Part shown: positions 9,048 through 18,230 of the stretch, piece after piece
Layout of the letters: every line of letters starts with the position of its first letter
Position numbering within the stretch: position 1 is the first letter of the stretch
Program-made: the position numbers and the translations under genes
Origin: an uncultured Bacilli bacterium
Lineage (GTDB): Bacteria > Bacillota_I > Bacilli_A > RF39 > UBA660
Length of the DNA: 52,440 nucleotides
Direction of reading: 5' to 3'
Assembly: GCA_947629125.1 (NCBI GenBank)
Contig: CANRCO010000001.1
Location: 1 to 52,440 of the forward strand
The notes under the pieces: generated by a model
Database searches by the model: none
Told to the model about the DNA's origin: nothing
The model's input: the letters and a program-made list of their open reading frames with translations, nothing else

Positions 9048-10171
9048 TTTAATAAATCCTTATATATTTTAGTATATTGCGGTAATATTGTTTCAATATC
9101 ATAATTTTTAGCTATTTTTAAATTATCTTTACTTAGTTTACTAGCTAATTTTGGATTATTTTTTATCTTTTTAATAGCCAGAATTAATTTTTGTGGGTCA
9201 TTTATTGGAACTACTAACCCATTTTTATTATGTTTAATTAAATCATGGTTACCGCGACAATCTGTAACAATAATTGGTTTTTGTTTAGCCATTGCTTCCA
9301 TTATATTAAGTGGTAATCCTTCTTGTTTACTAACGGATAAAACTAGATTAGTTATTTCTAAAATGGCATTAATATCATTTCTAAATCCTAAAAATAAAAT
9401 CTTATCTTCTAAATGATATTTTTTAACTAATTTTTGGACTTGTCCATTTAAAATATCTTCTCCGACTAATAAAACTTTTATATTAGTTAAATCCATTTGA
9501 CGTAAAGTTTTAACTAAATATTTTTGTCTTTTACGTTTAGAAATTTCTGCTACATAAGTAATTACATAATCATTTTTTTTAATACCTAATTCTTTTTTCA
9601 AAGTATTTTTCTCTTTTAAAGTTAATTTATTATGAAAATTATTTTGATGATAGCCGATTCCTTTAATAAAATAAGTTTTTACTTTAAAATGTTTTTTACT
9701 AAAATTATAATCTTCTTTATTAATAGTTACTAAACAATCAGTATATTTAATTAAATATTTTTCAATAGGATAATAAAGTATCCAATTAATTAAAGGTGCT
9801 CCTTTAAAAAAATGTAAACCATGAACTGTATATAATACTTTAGAATGAACTTTGGCTTTAGCAACTGCTAAACGAGTGTTTACTCCACCCATTGGAGTAC
9901 TAGTTGATATTAAATCATATTGTTCTTGTTTTAAAATTTCTGCTAATTGTTTAATAGCTTTAAAATTACAAAATTTAAAAGGAGTCCTTGTTATCGGCAA
10001 AGCAAATTTTTTATCACAATTAGGAATTTTATTTTTTGTATTAGTTGCTACATGAACAATGTAACCATTATTTTTAAACCAGGCAATATAAGGTAAATAA
10101 CATAAGTTTATATGCATATCTGTATTAGCAACTATTAAAACTTTTTTTGCCAAAATAAACCCTCCTTTCAA
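9044..10171 (-). CDS. Glycosyltransferase, GT4 family
   Basis: 375 aa. Motif EGLPLNIMEAMAKQKPIIVTD (E-x7-E) with a GT-B-type layout. Confidence 0.85.
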   Translation of the reverse strand: MKGGFILAKKVLIVANTDMHINLCYLPYIAWFKNNGYIVHVATNTKNKIPNCDKKFALPITRTPFKFCNFKAIKQLAEILKQEQYDLISTSTPMGGVNTRLAVAKAKVHSKVLYTVHGLHFFKGAPLINWILYYPIEKYLIKYTDCLVTINKEDYNFSKKHFKVKTYFIKGIGYHQNNFHNKLTLKEKNTLKKELGIKKNDYVITYVAEISKRKRQKYLVKTLRQMDLTNIKVLLVGEDILNGQVQKLVKKYHLEDKILFLGFRNDINAILEITNLVLSVSKQEGLPLNIMEAMAKQKPIIVTDCRGNHDLIKHNKNGLVVPINDPQKLILAIKKIKNNPKLASKLSKDNLKIAKNYDIETILPQYTKIYKDLLK

Positions 10172-10173
10172 AT

Positions 10174-10899
10174 TTATTGTTTTATTATTTCTTTTTTTAA
10201 TTTTAAACTAATATCGTAACGTTTGCCTTTCATTAATTGAGCTTTTATTTTTGTTTTAGTACATAAATTTTTAATTATTTCCCCCATTGAATCAACCTTT
10301 TTATTTTCGTCAAATATTTCTAATAATATTTTTAAATCTTCCTTTTTTAACCAATAAAATGGCGGAATAGCATAATTGCTTCTAGGATGAATTGGTTTTT
10401 CTTCCATATTAATTATATAATTATTTTCATCTATTTCAATAACTCCTGTTTTTTGTAATTTAGATAACTCTGGCTCAAAATAATACATAATATATGATTC
10501 GTTATTTTTATTAAAATCATCAAAAATATATTTTAAAGAAAAATCTAATAAGTTATCTCCAGCTAAAACGAAAATATCATCATTAATTTTTAAATAATCA
10601 ATTGTTTTTATTAAAGCTGATACTGCTCCAACTTTATTTTCTTCACATGTTGAACCATCACTTACTATCGTAATTTTAGTTTCTAACTTTTTCTTTTGAT
10701 GCCATTTTTTAAAATCATCTAAAAAAGTATCATTAGTAATTATAATAAATTCATCAATATGATTAGTACTGCTAATAATATTATCCATAATATAATCTAA
10801 AATATATTTTTCTTTAATATTTAATAGAGCTTTAGATTTATGTAAAGTTAATGGATACAATCTTGTCGCATAACCACCAGCTAAAATTAAACATTTCAT
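10174..10899 (-). CDS. Sugar-1-phosphate nucleotidyltransferase (NTP_transferase family)
   Basis: 241 aa. The N-terminal MKCLILAGGYATRLYPLT matches the G-x-G-T-R-L pyrophosphorylase signature. Confidence 0.85.
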   Translation of the reverse strand: MKCLILAGGYATRLYPLTLHKSKALLNIKEKYILDYIMDNIISSTNHIDEFIIITNDTFLDDFKKWHQKKKLETKITIVSDGSTCEENKVGAVSALIKTIDYLKINDDIFVLAGDNLLDFSLKYIFDDFNKNNESYIMYYFEPELSKLQKTGVIEIDENNYIINMEEKPIHPRSNYAIPPFYWLKKEDLKILLEIFDENKKVDSMGEIIKNLCTKTKIKAQLMKGKRYDISLKLKKEIIKQ

Positions 10900-12038
10900 A
10901 AACCAACTCCATTATAAGTATTACAAAAATAAATTGCAAACTCTTTTTTATATTGGGGATATATTTTAAGATATTTTTCCGTAACAGTTTTTTTAATTAT
11001 ATCCTCTTTTTGAGGATCAATCAAAGCCATATAATAGCCATTAAATCCTGCTCCAGAAAATCTTCCCCCATAAACACCATCCAAATTAGTAACGATATCA
11101 TGTAAAGTTTCTAATTGCGCCGAACCAGTTTCATAATTTTCAATTGAGCTTTTTCCCGACTCAGTTATAAGTTTGCCAAAATTAATTAAATCGCCTTTAG
11201 TAAAATATTTTATTCCTTCTTGAACTCGATTTAATTCAGTATAAAAATGGGTAGCTCTTTTAATATGATTTATCGGAAAAATATTTTTATTTTTTAAAAA
11301 TATATCATAAGAAAATTTTCTTAAATATGCTTCTTGATATTCAATTGGAGAATTTTGCATTAAAGAATTCATTAAAAATGCTGTTGTTTTACATTCATCT
11401 ACGCGAATATTATAACTTGTAGTTGGTAAATTATGAGTAATTCCTGAAAAAATTAAACATATTTTAAAATTAAGATTATCATTTATTTTAATTAATTTAT
11501 GACTATTATCTAAAGGGTCAATACATAATAAATGATTTTTCTTACTATATATTTCGCAACTTGGATCTAATATCCCGACTTTCGTATTCATATATTTATT
11601 TTCTACAGTTACAACTAAATCAACTAAGTCTTTATTTTCTAATTTTAAATTATTTACTTTAGCTATAGCTAAAAGATAACATAAAATTATTGCAGAAGAT
11701 GAAGCAAGTCCCCCAATCGGAATCGTTTTATCAATATGAGCATTTATTCCATAAATAAGTTCATATTTTTCCTTTAAAGCCTTAATACTACCTATTAAAT
11801 AATCTGGCCATAACCCATTTGTTTTTGGAATATTTTTATAAGAAAAATCAGCTACACCATCAAAATTATCCGACGTAATAAAAAAAGAACCATCAGTTGT
11901 CTTGTTAAATTTTATTTTTAATCCCTTATCAATAGCAAAACCACATATTAAACCTAGTTGATGATCTATATGAGCTCCTAAAGGACAAACTCGAAAAGGG
12001 ACAAATATTTCGTATTTATAATTAAGTTGTTTTTTCAT
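10896..12038 (-). CDS. GHMP-family, galactokinase-like anomeric sugar kinase
   Basis: 380 aa. VPFRVCPLGAHIDHQLG resembles the galactokinase signature. PIGGLASSSA is the GHMP ATP-binding motif. The stop overlaps the start of the nucleotidyltransferase gene by 4 nt. Confidence 0.8.
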   Translation of the reverse strand: MKKQLNYKYEIFVPFRVCPLGAHIDHQLGLICGFAIDKGLKIKFNKTTDGSFFITSDNFDGVADFSYKNIPKTNGLWPDYLIGSIKALKEKYELIYGINAHIDKTIPIGGLASSSAIILCYLLAIAKVNNLKLENKDLVDLVVTVENKYMNTKVGILDPSCEIYSKKNHLLCIDPLDNSHKLIKINDNLNFKICLIFSGITHNLPTTSYNIRVDECKTTAFLMNSLMQNSPIEYQEAYLRKFSYDIFLKNKNIFPINHIKRATHFYTELNRVQEGIKYFTKGDLINFGKLITESGKSSIENYETGSAQLETLHDIVTNLDGVYGGRFSGAGFNGYYMALIDPQKEDIIKKTVTEKYLKIYPQYKKEFAIYFCNTYNGVGL

Positions 12039-12110
12039 TTTACTACACCTATGTTTAATTCCTATAAATTAATTATAAAGAATAAAATTTATTATTGCAA
12101 GTCTTATAAG

Positions 12111-13163
12111 TTACTTATTTTTAATAAAGCCAAAATAATTACACATACATCTTTTACTAGGACAGATAAATTCATCTTTAATTAACTTAATATCTTTTTT
12201 TAAAGCATTACCTACTACTGATAATTCATTACAAGAAACACAACGAGAAATAATTCCTAAATTATCAATTGAAATACTATTTACTCCGGAATCACAAAGC
12301 ATACCACAAGGATTAAAACCACCTTCAACATTTAAAGCTAAATCACTAGTATTGTAAAAATAAAATTCTTGATTTTTTTGGTTTGTTACCTTTAACCATT
12401 TTTGGTTATTTCTATTTAGTTTTTGTTTTAAAGTTGCAGAAATACTTTTATGATAATCACGAATAATTATATAAACAATAGAAGAAGCATATTTTTTATA
12501 TTTCTCATAAAATTCTTGATATTTTAAATAATCTGCATCTTCAACTAAAGGATAACCAATATTAATTTTGATATTATAATTTCTCTTAGCTAAAAAATTA
12601 ATAAAAGGTGCTATAATTTTATTTTCATATTTAGCTTTTTTTAATACTAAAGAATTTATTTTAGGATGTTTATTACGAATATATTTGATTTTTTCCATGA
12701 ATTCTTTTTGATTTGTATATTCTTGATAATAATTAGCGGATATATTTAAAATTCGATTATCTAATCCTTTAAAAATATTTGTTATATTTTTTAATTGTTC
12801 TTTAGATAAAGATAAATTAGTAGTAATATAATAATTAATAATTCCCTTAAATTTAACATTAGCTAAATTAGTTAAAATAGTTATAAAATCTTTTAAAATA
12901 GTTACTTCTCCTCCAATTAAATAAAGAGAAATAGTTTTATATTTATCATTTAATTCATTTTCAATAAATTTAATAATTTTAGTACATATTTTAGCTCTTA
13001 TTTGTGCTGATTCGCCTTTACTTTCTTCAATATGTTTGTTTTTATTGCCTTGAATACAAAAATCACAATAATAGTTACATAAACTAGTTAATTGCCAACG
13101 AATTGTATAGTTTTTATCTTTTCGTTTTAAATTTTCAATTGTTTTTATTTCTGAATTTTTCAT
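12111..13163 (-). CDS. Radical SAM enzyme with a Cys-rich SPASM/twitch-like C-terminal region (paralog 1)
   Basis: 350 aa. It has a CNYYCDFC (CxxxCxxC) cluster motif. The C-terminus CGMLCDSGVNSISIDNLGIISRCVSC...CPSKRCMC fits a C-x(9-15)-G-x4-C pattern plus extra Cys. Confidence 0.8.
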   Translation of the reverse strand: MKNSEIKTIENLKRKDKNYTIRWQLTSLCNYYCDFCIQGNKNKHIEESKGESAQIRAKICTKIIKFIENELNDKYKTISLYLIGGEVTILKDFITILTNLANVKFKGIINYYITTNLSLSKEQLKNITNIFKGLDNRILNISANYYQEYTNQKEFMEKIKYIRNKHPKINSLVLKKAKYENKIIAPFINFLAKRNYNIKINIGYPLVEDADYLKYQEFYEKYKKYASSIVYIIIRDYHKSISATLKQKLNRNNQKWLKVTNQKNQEFYFYNTSDLALNVEGGFNPCGMLCDSGVNSISIDNLGIISRCVSCNELSVVGNALKKDIKLIKDEFICPSKRCMCNYFGFIKNK

Positions 13164-13210
13164 ATTATCACTTCTAATTAAAAATTATAATATTTATTAT
13201 GAAAGGAGTC

Positions 13211-13243
13211 AACAAAACAAAAAAATTTTCTATTTCTAGAAAA
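13211..13243 (-). terminator. Weak AT-only hairpin plus T-run after the 177-aa ORF
   Basis: Stem ttttcta (13226-13232) / tagaaaa (13237-13243). On the minus strand it is followed by TTTTTTTGTTTTG. The stem is all A/T, so termination efficiency is doubtful. Confidence 0.3.
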
Positions 13244-13250
13244 ATTTTAA

Positions 13251-13784
13251 TTACTTTGTCAATTTTCTTACTTTTGCTTCAGTATCATTATTTACAATTG
13301 TAGCTGGTAAATAAGTAAAATCTGTCATACTAAGCAACCCATTTTCACCATTCATTTTTTGAACTTCAAGATAATTTTTATTATTATAAACAGTAATATT
13401 ATCACTTATATAATTATATATTCCCAGTGGAACTTCCTCTACTTTGGTATTAACATTAATTAAACCATATGTTATGCTAACTTGATCTTGCTTTCCATTA
13501 GGAAAATAATTAATTTTCATAATTTTACGATATTCTTGATTATTTTTTGCAAATATTGGATTATCACTAATTTTAGAATAACCTCTTTGTTTAATTACAC
13601 TAGTTAAATCAGTTGTTTCATCAATAGCTAAGTTGGAATATTCTTTTATAGAATTAGGATTTTTATAAGCTGTATAACAAGTAGTAGCTATCATTGCTCC
13701 AACTGCCAACGTACAAAGACAACCAGGTAAACATCCAGAAGATGCATATGTTTTACCATCATCATTATGCCAATTTTCTTTCAT
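13251..13784 (-). CDS. Hypothetical protein with an N-terminal Cys-rich hydrophobic segment
   Basis: 177 aa. The N-terminus contains SSGCLPGCLCTLAVGAMIATTCYTAY. I recognise no family. Confidence 0.6.
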   Translation of the reverse strand: MKENWHNDDGKTYASSGCLPGCLCTLAVGAMIATTCYTAYKNPNSIKEYSNLAIDETTDLTSVIKQRGYSKISDNPIFAKNNQEYRKIMKINYFPNGKQDQVSITYGLINVNTKVEEVPLGIYNYISDNITVYNNKNYLEVQKMNGENGLLSMTDFTYLPATIVNNDTEAKVRKLTK

Positions 13785-13845
13785 CTAATTTTCTCCTTTT
13801 AAAATTGCAAAACATATGCTAACAAAAAATACGCATTTTGTCAAA

Positions 13846-15009
13846 TTATTTTAAAATACTTTCCCATTTATTTAATATCTTATCTTTTGTAAAATCTTGA
13901 ACTCGTTTTTGACTAGCTAATTGATAATGTTTATATAACTTTTTATCATTTAAAAGTAATAAAATACTTTTAGCTATTTCTTTTTCTTCTTTAGTTAAAG
14001 CATCACCTGCTTCATATTTAACCCGATCACAAGTCGGAATTAAAATACCATAATCTCCTAAAGTTACTTTTTTAACAAATTTATCTAACTTTTTCTTAGG
14101 GGCTAAAATTTCTTTGGAACCACCTGGAGCATCTGTAGCAATAATTGGTAAATCACAAGCCATTGCTTCTAATAAAACATTAGGCATTCCTTCATAAAAA
14201 GAATTTAAAATATATATTTTAGCATTGTGCATATAACGATAAATATTATCAACAAAATCTAGTATTATGATATTTTTTTCTAAATGTAAATCTTTAACTA
14301 ATTTTAAATAATAATCTTTATATGGTCCGCGTCCAGTCAAAATTAATTTAGCGTTCTTCTTTTGTTCAACTACTTTACTAAAAGCTCTAATTAAATGCCA
14401 TTGTCCTTTTTGATAATTATATCGACCAGAAGAAATTATTACATCACCTTTAAAATATTTTCTATCTTCACTAGGTAAAGCTTCTTGTTTTTTTTCATTA
14501 ATATCTTCAATTTCACAAAAATTAGGAATTACAATATTTTTTTTAGGTTTAGAGTGAAAATTTTCAATTTGGTCCAACATAACTGATTCAGATACATTAA
14601 CTATTAAATCAACTTTCTTAATTATTTTTTTATATTTTTTAATTAATTTTGGAGAATACATCTCATCATTAGCTGAAATAAAATTTCTAACAGAAATTAT
14701 TACTTTATCTTTATATTTAGTTACATAATTATAAATATTATATTTAAGTATAAAACTAATTGTATAGTCTATTTTTAACTCTTTTTTTACTTTTCTTAAT
14801 TTCCATAAACCAATAAAATTTTTCTTTTTACTAGTTAGTTCAGGAATTTCAATTATATTAACATCGGGAATATAATCAGCATCTTTCATCGTTCTAACTA
14901 CTAAAGTAACATTATGTTTATCTTTTAGATTATTGCATAAATTATAAATTACTTTTTCTGCCCCACCTGTACGCATAGCACCTATCAAAAATAAAATATT
15001 TTTTTTCAT
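13846..15009 (-). CDS. Glycosyltransferase, GT4 family (paralog of 18231..19385)
   Basis: 387 aa. Motifs: GGAEKV at the N-terminus and EGMPNVLLEAMACDLPIIATDAPGGSKEIL. Confidence 0.85.
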   Translation of the reverse strand: MKKNILFLIGAMRTGGAEKVIYNLCNNLKDKHNVTLVVRTMKDADYIPDVNIIEIPELTSKKKNFIGLWKLRKVKKELKIDYTISFILKYNIYNYVTKYKDKVIISVRNFISANDEMYSPKLIKKYKKIIKKVDLIVNVSESVMLDQIENFHSKPKKNIVIPNFCEIEDINEKKQEALPSEDRKYFKGDVIISSGRYNYQKGQWHLIRAFSKVVEQKKNAKLILTGRGPYKDYYLKLVKDLHLEKNIIILDFVDNIYRYMHNAKIYILNSFYEGMPNVLLEAMACDLPIIATDAPGGSKEILAPKKKLDKFVKKVTLGDYGILIPTCDRVKYEAGDALTKEEKEIAKSILLLLNDKKLYKHYQLASQKRVQDFTKDKILNKWESILK

Positions 15010-16614
15010 TTAATCACCTACATTTTCTTTATACCACAATTGAAATAAATAATAAGACCATAAAACAACAGCTCGATCATAATCTTTATTAATTTCAAAA
15101 TCAATTATTAAATTCATTAAATTATTATAATCAAATAAATTTTGTTTTGCTATAAAATTTTTCGTTGATATTTTTTTGATATCATCTAACATAAATTTCT
15201 GAACCCAACTAATTAAAGGAATCCCAAACCCTTTTTTTTGATAATTAGCAAAATATTTCATCGGAATATTTTTAAATAAAATATTATCAAAGATAAGTTT
15301 ACCATGACCATGATGATATATCTTTTTTGTTTTTAATTTAAAAGTATCTAATATTAATTGTTCATTATAAAAAGGTGTATAAAACGCCATATTAATATTT
15401 TTTAAAGGATAAAAATACTTCATCCGATATTTTTCACTAACTGTATTATTTAAATCACCAAGACATGCTCGATATCTTTTATTTTTTAATTTTGGCAAAT
15501 CATAAACTTGTCCCTTAATTTTAACTAAATTATTGGAATACCGAAAACGACTTACAATATTTATTTGCGCCATTTGGTCAAAATTATGATATTTTCTTTG
15601 TCTAAAATATTTATTAAAAATTAATTTTAATCGACCTTTTAAATCAAATATTTTATACATTTCATTAGCTAAAAATATTGCATCACTACCTTCGCCCATT
15701 AAATAAAAATCATTTTTATCAGTTATATTATTAATTAAGTAATTTGTTGGAATAATTGAAGGGTCTGCAAATGGTTCTTCATATATTTTAGCTAAAGATT
15801 TAATAGTATCTTTAATTTTATTTTCTTTTAAAATAATAGTATGATGATTAGTTTTTAAAAACTTTGCAATTTTTTTCGCAGCAGGAGCTTCATCATTTTG
15901 ACTAGGAATAGATAAAGTATAAGTATTAATAGTTGGTAAATAACAATCTTGGGTCTTTTTAGCTAGAAGGACTGAATCTTTACCACTACTCAAAAACACC
16001 CCTACTTGGCTTTTCTTTTTGCCAACTTGAGCTACTAAATTATTTATTGTCTTTTCTAAATCGACATCATTATTTTTCAAAGTGTTTTTATATTCATTTG
16101 CTAAATTAAAATAATTTTTAATTTTAATATTTTTAAAATTATATTCTAATATGGAACCTTTAGGTACTTTATAGATATTTTCATAAATAGTAAATGGTTC
16201 ATAAATATAAGTATAACCTAAGTAATTAGCTAAAGCTTGTTTATTTATTTTTTTTACAATACTAGGTAATTTAGTAATCTCTTTTAAAGAATCACTAAAA
16301 ATTAACAATCTATTTTGGAAAGTATAAAACAAAGGATAACTCCCTAATTTATCTTTAATTAAAAATAAAGTTTCTTTATTTTTATCAAAAATTATCATAT
16401 TAAAATTACCAGTCAACTCATCAATAAATTTTAAATTGGTTTTAGTATATAAATCTAATAGAATATTTAATTCATTAACACTATTTATTTTATTTTTTTG
16501 TTTTAACTTTTCTAAATTAAAAATGGTTCCAATTAAATATATTTCAACATTATCATGACTTATTTTTTTTGGTAAATTTATTTTAAAGCTCTTATCTTTT
16601 TGTAAACTTATCAT
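15010..16614 (-). CDS. Asparagine synthetase (AsnB)-like ATP-dependent amidoligase lacking the N-terminal Cys nucleophile
   Basis: 534 aa. It begins MISLQKD rather than MCG. It keeps the AsnB-type GNFNMIIFDK..LFLIKDKLGSYPLFY segment and a PP-loop-like FLSSGKDS. Confidence 0.8.
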   Translation of the reverse strand: MISLQKDKSFKINLPKKISHDNVEIYLIGTIFNLEKLKQKNKINSVNELNILLDLYTKTNLKFIDELTGNFNMIIFDKNKETLFLIKDKLGSYPLFYTFQNRLLIFSDSLKEITKLPSIVKKINKQALANYLGYTYIYEPFTIYENIYKVPKGSILEYNFKNIKIKNYFNLANEYKNTLKNNDVDLEKTINNLVAQVGKKKSQVGVFLSSGKDSVLLAKKTQDCYLPTINTYTLSIPSQNDEAPAAKKIAKFLKTNHHTIILKENKIKDTIKSLAKIYEEPFADPSIIPTNYLINNITDKNDFYLMGEGSDAIFLANEMYKIFDLKGRLKLIFNKYFRQRKYHNFDQMAQINIVSRFRYSNNLVKIKGQVYDLPKLKNKRYRACLGDLNNTVSEKYRMKYFYPLKNINMAFYTPFYNEQLILDTFKLKTKKIYHHGHGKLIFDNILFKNIPMKYFANYQKKGFGIPLISWVQKFMLDDIKKISTKNFIAKQNLFDYNNLMNLIIDFEINKDYDRAVVLWSYYLFQLWYKENVGD

Positions 16615-18227
16615 GTTTTATCCCTCCATAAATCTTCTATATATTCTTGGTACCATAATTGAAAGATATAATAAGCAAAAATTATATTACATTCTCGGCG
16701 GTCTAAAGATTTATTTTGTAATTTTTTTAGAAGTTTTAAAAATTGTTTATCAAATAAATTTTGTTTTTTTAAAATTTCATAATTACTAAATTTTATAATA
16801 TCATTATAGAATATATTATACAAATATTTTTCTAAAGGAATACCAAAACCATTTTTCTTTTGATTTAAATAACTTTGGGGAATTTTTTGATAAACTATGT
16901 TTTTTAAAATATATTTAGTTATATTTTGATAATATTTAAATTTATGTTTTATTTGTAAGCTTTTTTGTACTACTATATTATCTACAAAAGGATGAGCTAA
17001 ATTTAAACCATAATAATTAGCTGGATTACTTACTTTATAAAATAAATTACAAGATAAAAAAGTTTTAATATCGTTTAACATAAACTTAATTTGCGAACTA
17101 AACTGATGGGGAATTACATTATAGATTTGAGATTTTAAAGGATAATATAATGCTAGTTGTCGATTAGATTTTAAATATGGATTATAAACAATGACATTTT
17201 TATTTTTTAAATGTTGAATTTTTTGACGCAAAATTGTCATTCGCTCACTTATATTCCATTCTTTGTAAACATTGGAACCACAAAATAATTGGTCAGCACC
17301 ATCACCAGTAAAGATTATATCCATATTTTTTACTTTACTGTTTAAAAATATAGTTGGAACCAATGACGGATCAGCAAATGGTTCACTATATATCTTAGGT
17401 ACTAATTTAATAATTTTTTCAACATCTTTATCAGTTATATAATATTCGTGATGCTTGGTCTTTAAATGCTTAGCAATTTTTTTACTACGTACTGCTTCAT
17501 TGCGTTCTTCTTCATTAAAACCAATTGTAAAGGTATGAACTTCTTTTTTAGCTTCTTTTAATAAAGCAGCTACTAAAGTAGAATCTACTCCTGCACTAAA
17601 AAAGACCCCAACTTTTTTATAGTTTTGCGATTGCATCTTAACAGCATCATATAAACTTTGTTCTAATTTTTGTTGAGCTAAATCATAATTTTTTAATTTA
17701 TTTTTATTGACTTTATATGCTTTTATTAAATCATAATATTGATTAAGTATAATTTGTTCATTAAATTTTAAAGCCATACCTGCTGGTAATTTTTTTACTT
17801 CTGTAAAAATAGTCATTGGTTCTAAAATATAATTATAACTTAAATAGTTAGCTAATTGTTGTCGGTCAATATTTAAATCAGTTTTATAATTATTTATAAT
17901 ATATTTCAAGTTATTAGAACAAATAAAATCTTGATTAATTAAAGTATAATATAGTCGTTTAGAGCCCATTTTATCTTTAACTATAATAATTTCTCCAGCA
18001 ATAATTAAAATAAGTAAAAAATTACCATTTAACAAATTAAATAATTTGTCTTGATAACGGTTATATAAATCAATTAATTTTGACTCAATAGATTTAGAAG
18101 AATTATCTAATTCATTTATATTATAAATATTACCAGCAATAAAGCAGTAATCTTTATTTATTTGTTTAACATTATTTTCAATAATTACTTTTATTTTATT
18201 TTTTCTTTTTATTACTGTAAATTCCAT
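16611..18227 (-). CDS. Asparagine synthetase (AsnB)-like enzyme lacking the N-terminal Cys nucleophile (second copy)
   Basis: 538 aa. It begins MEFTVIK. Motifs: GNFLLILIIAGEIIIVKDKMGSKRLYY and PP-loop FFSAGVDS. The stop overlaps the next gene start by 4 nt. Confidence 0.8.
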   Translation of the reverse strand: MEFTVIKRKNKIKVIIENNVKQINKDYCFIAGNIYNINELDNSSKSIESKLIDLYNRYQDKLFNLLNGNFLLILIIAGEIIIVKDKMGSKRLYYTLINQDFICSNNLKYIINNYKTDLNIDRQQLANYLSYNYILEPMTIFTEVKKLPAGMALKFNEQIILNQYYDLIKAYKVNKNKLKNYDLAQQKLEQSLYDAVKMQSQNYKKVGVFFSAGVDSTLVAALLKEAKKEVHTFTIGFNEEERNEAVRSKKIAKHLKTKHHEYYITDKDVEKIIKLVPKIYSEPFADPSLVPTIFLNSKVKNMDIIFTGDGADQLFCGSNVYKEWNISERMTILRQKIQHLKNKNVIVYNPYLKSNRQLALYYPLKSQIYNVIPHQFSSQIKFMLNDIKTFLSCNLFYKVSNPANYYGLNLAHPFVDNIVVQKSLQIKHKFKYYQNITKYILKNIVYQKIPQSYLNQKKNGFGIPLEKYLYNIFYNDIIKFSNYEILKKQNLFDKQFLKLLKKLQNKSLDRRECNIIFAYYIFQLWYQEYIEDLWRDKT

Positions 18228-18230
18228 CTT

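Noticed and set aside
13196-13300. Plus-strand GAAAGGAG followed by a possible small ORF (ATG at ~13198, MKGVNKTKKFSISRKILITLSIFLLLLQYHYLQL) antisense to the 13251..13784 gene end.
   Set aside because: The ATG lies only 1-2 nt upstream of the GGAG, so the RBS is on the wrong side. The ORF is a shadow of the terminator and 3' end on the opposite strand, with composition typical of chance ORFs.
14990-16575. A8/T8 runs inside or at the start of coding regions (e.g. 14999-15006, 14487-14494, 16563-16570) as additional phase-variation tracts.
   Set aside because: A/T runs of 7-9 are frequent throughout this AT-rich sequence, in both genes and spacers, and mostly encode Lys-Lys. Unlike the unique C9 they are not statistically remarkable, and all the genes concerned are in frame.
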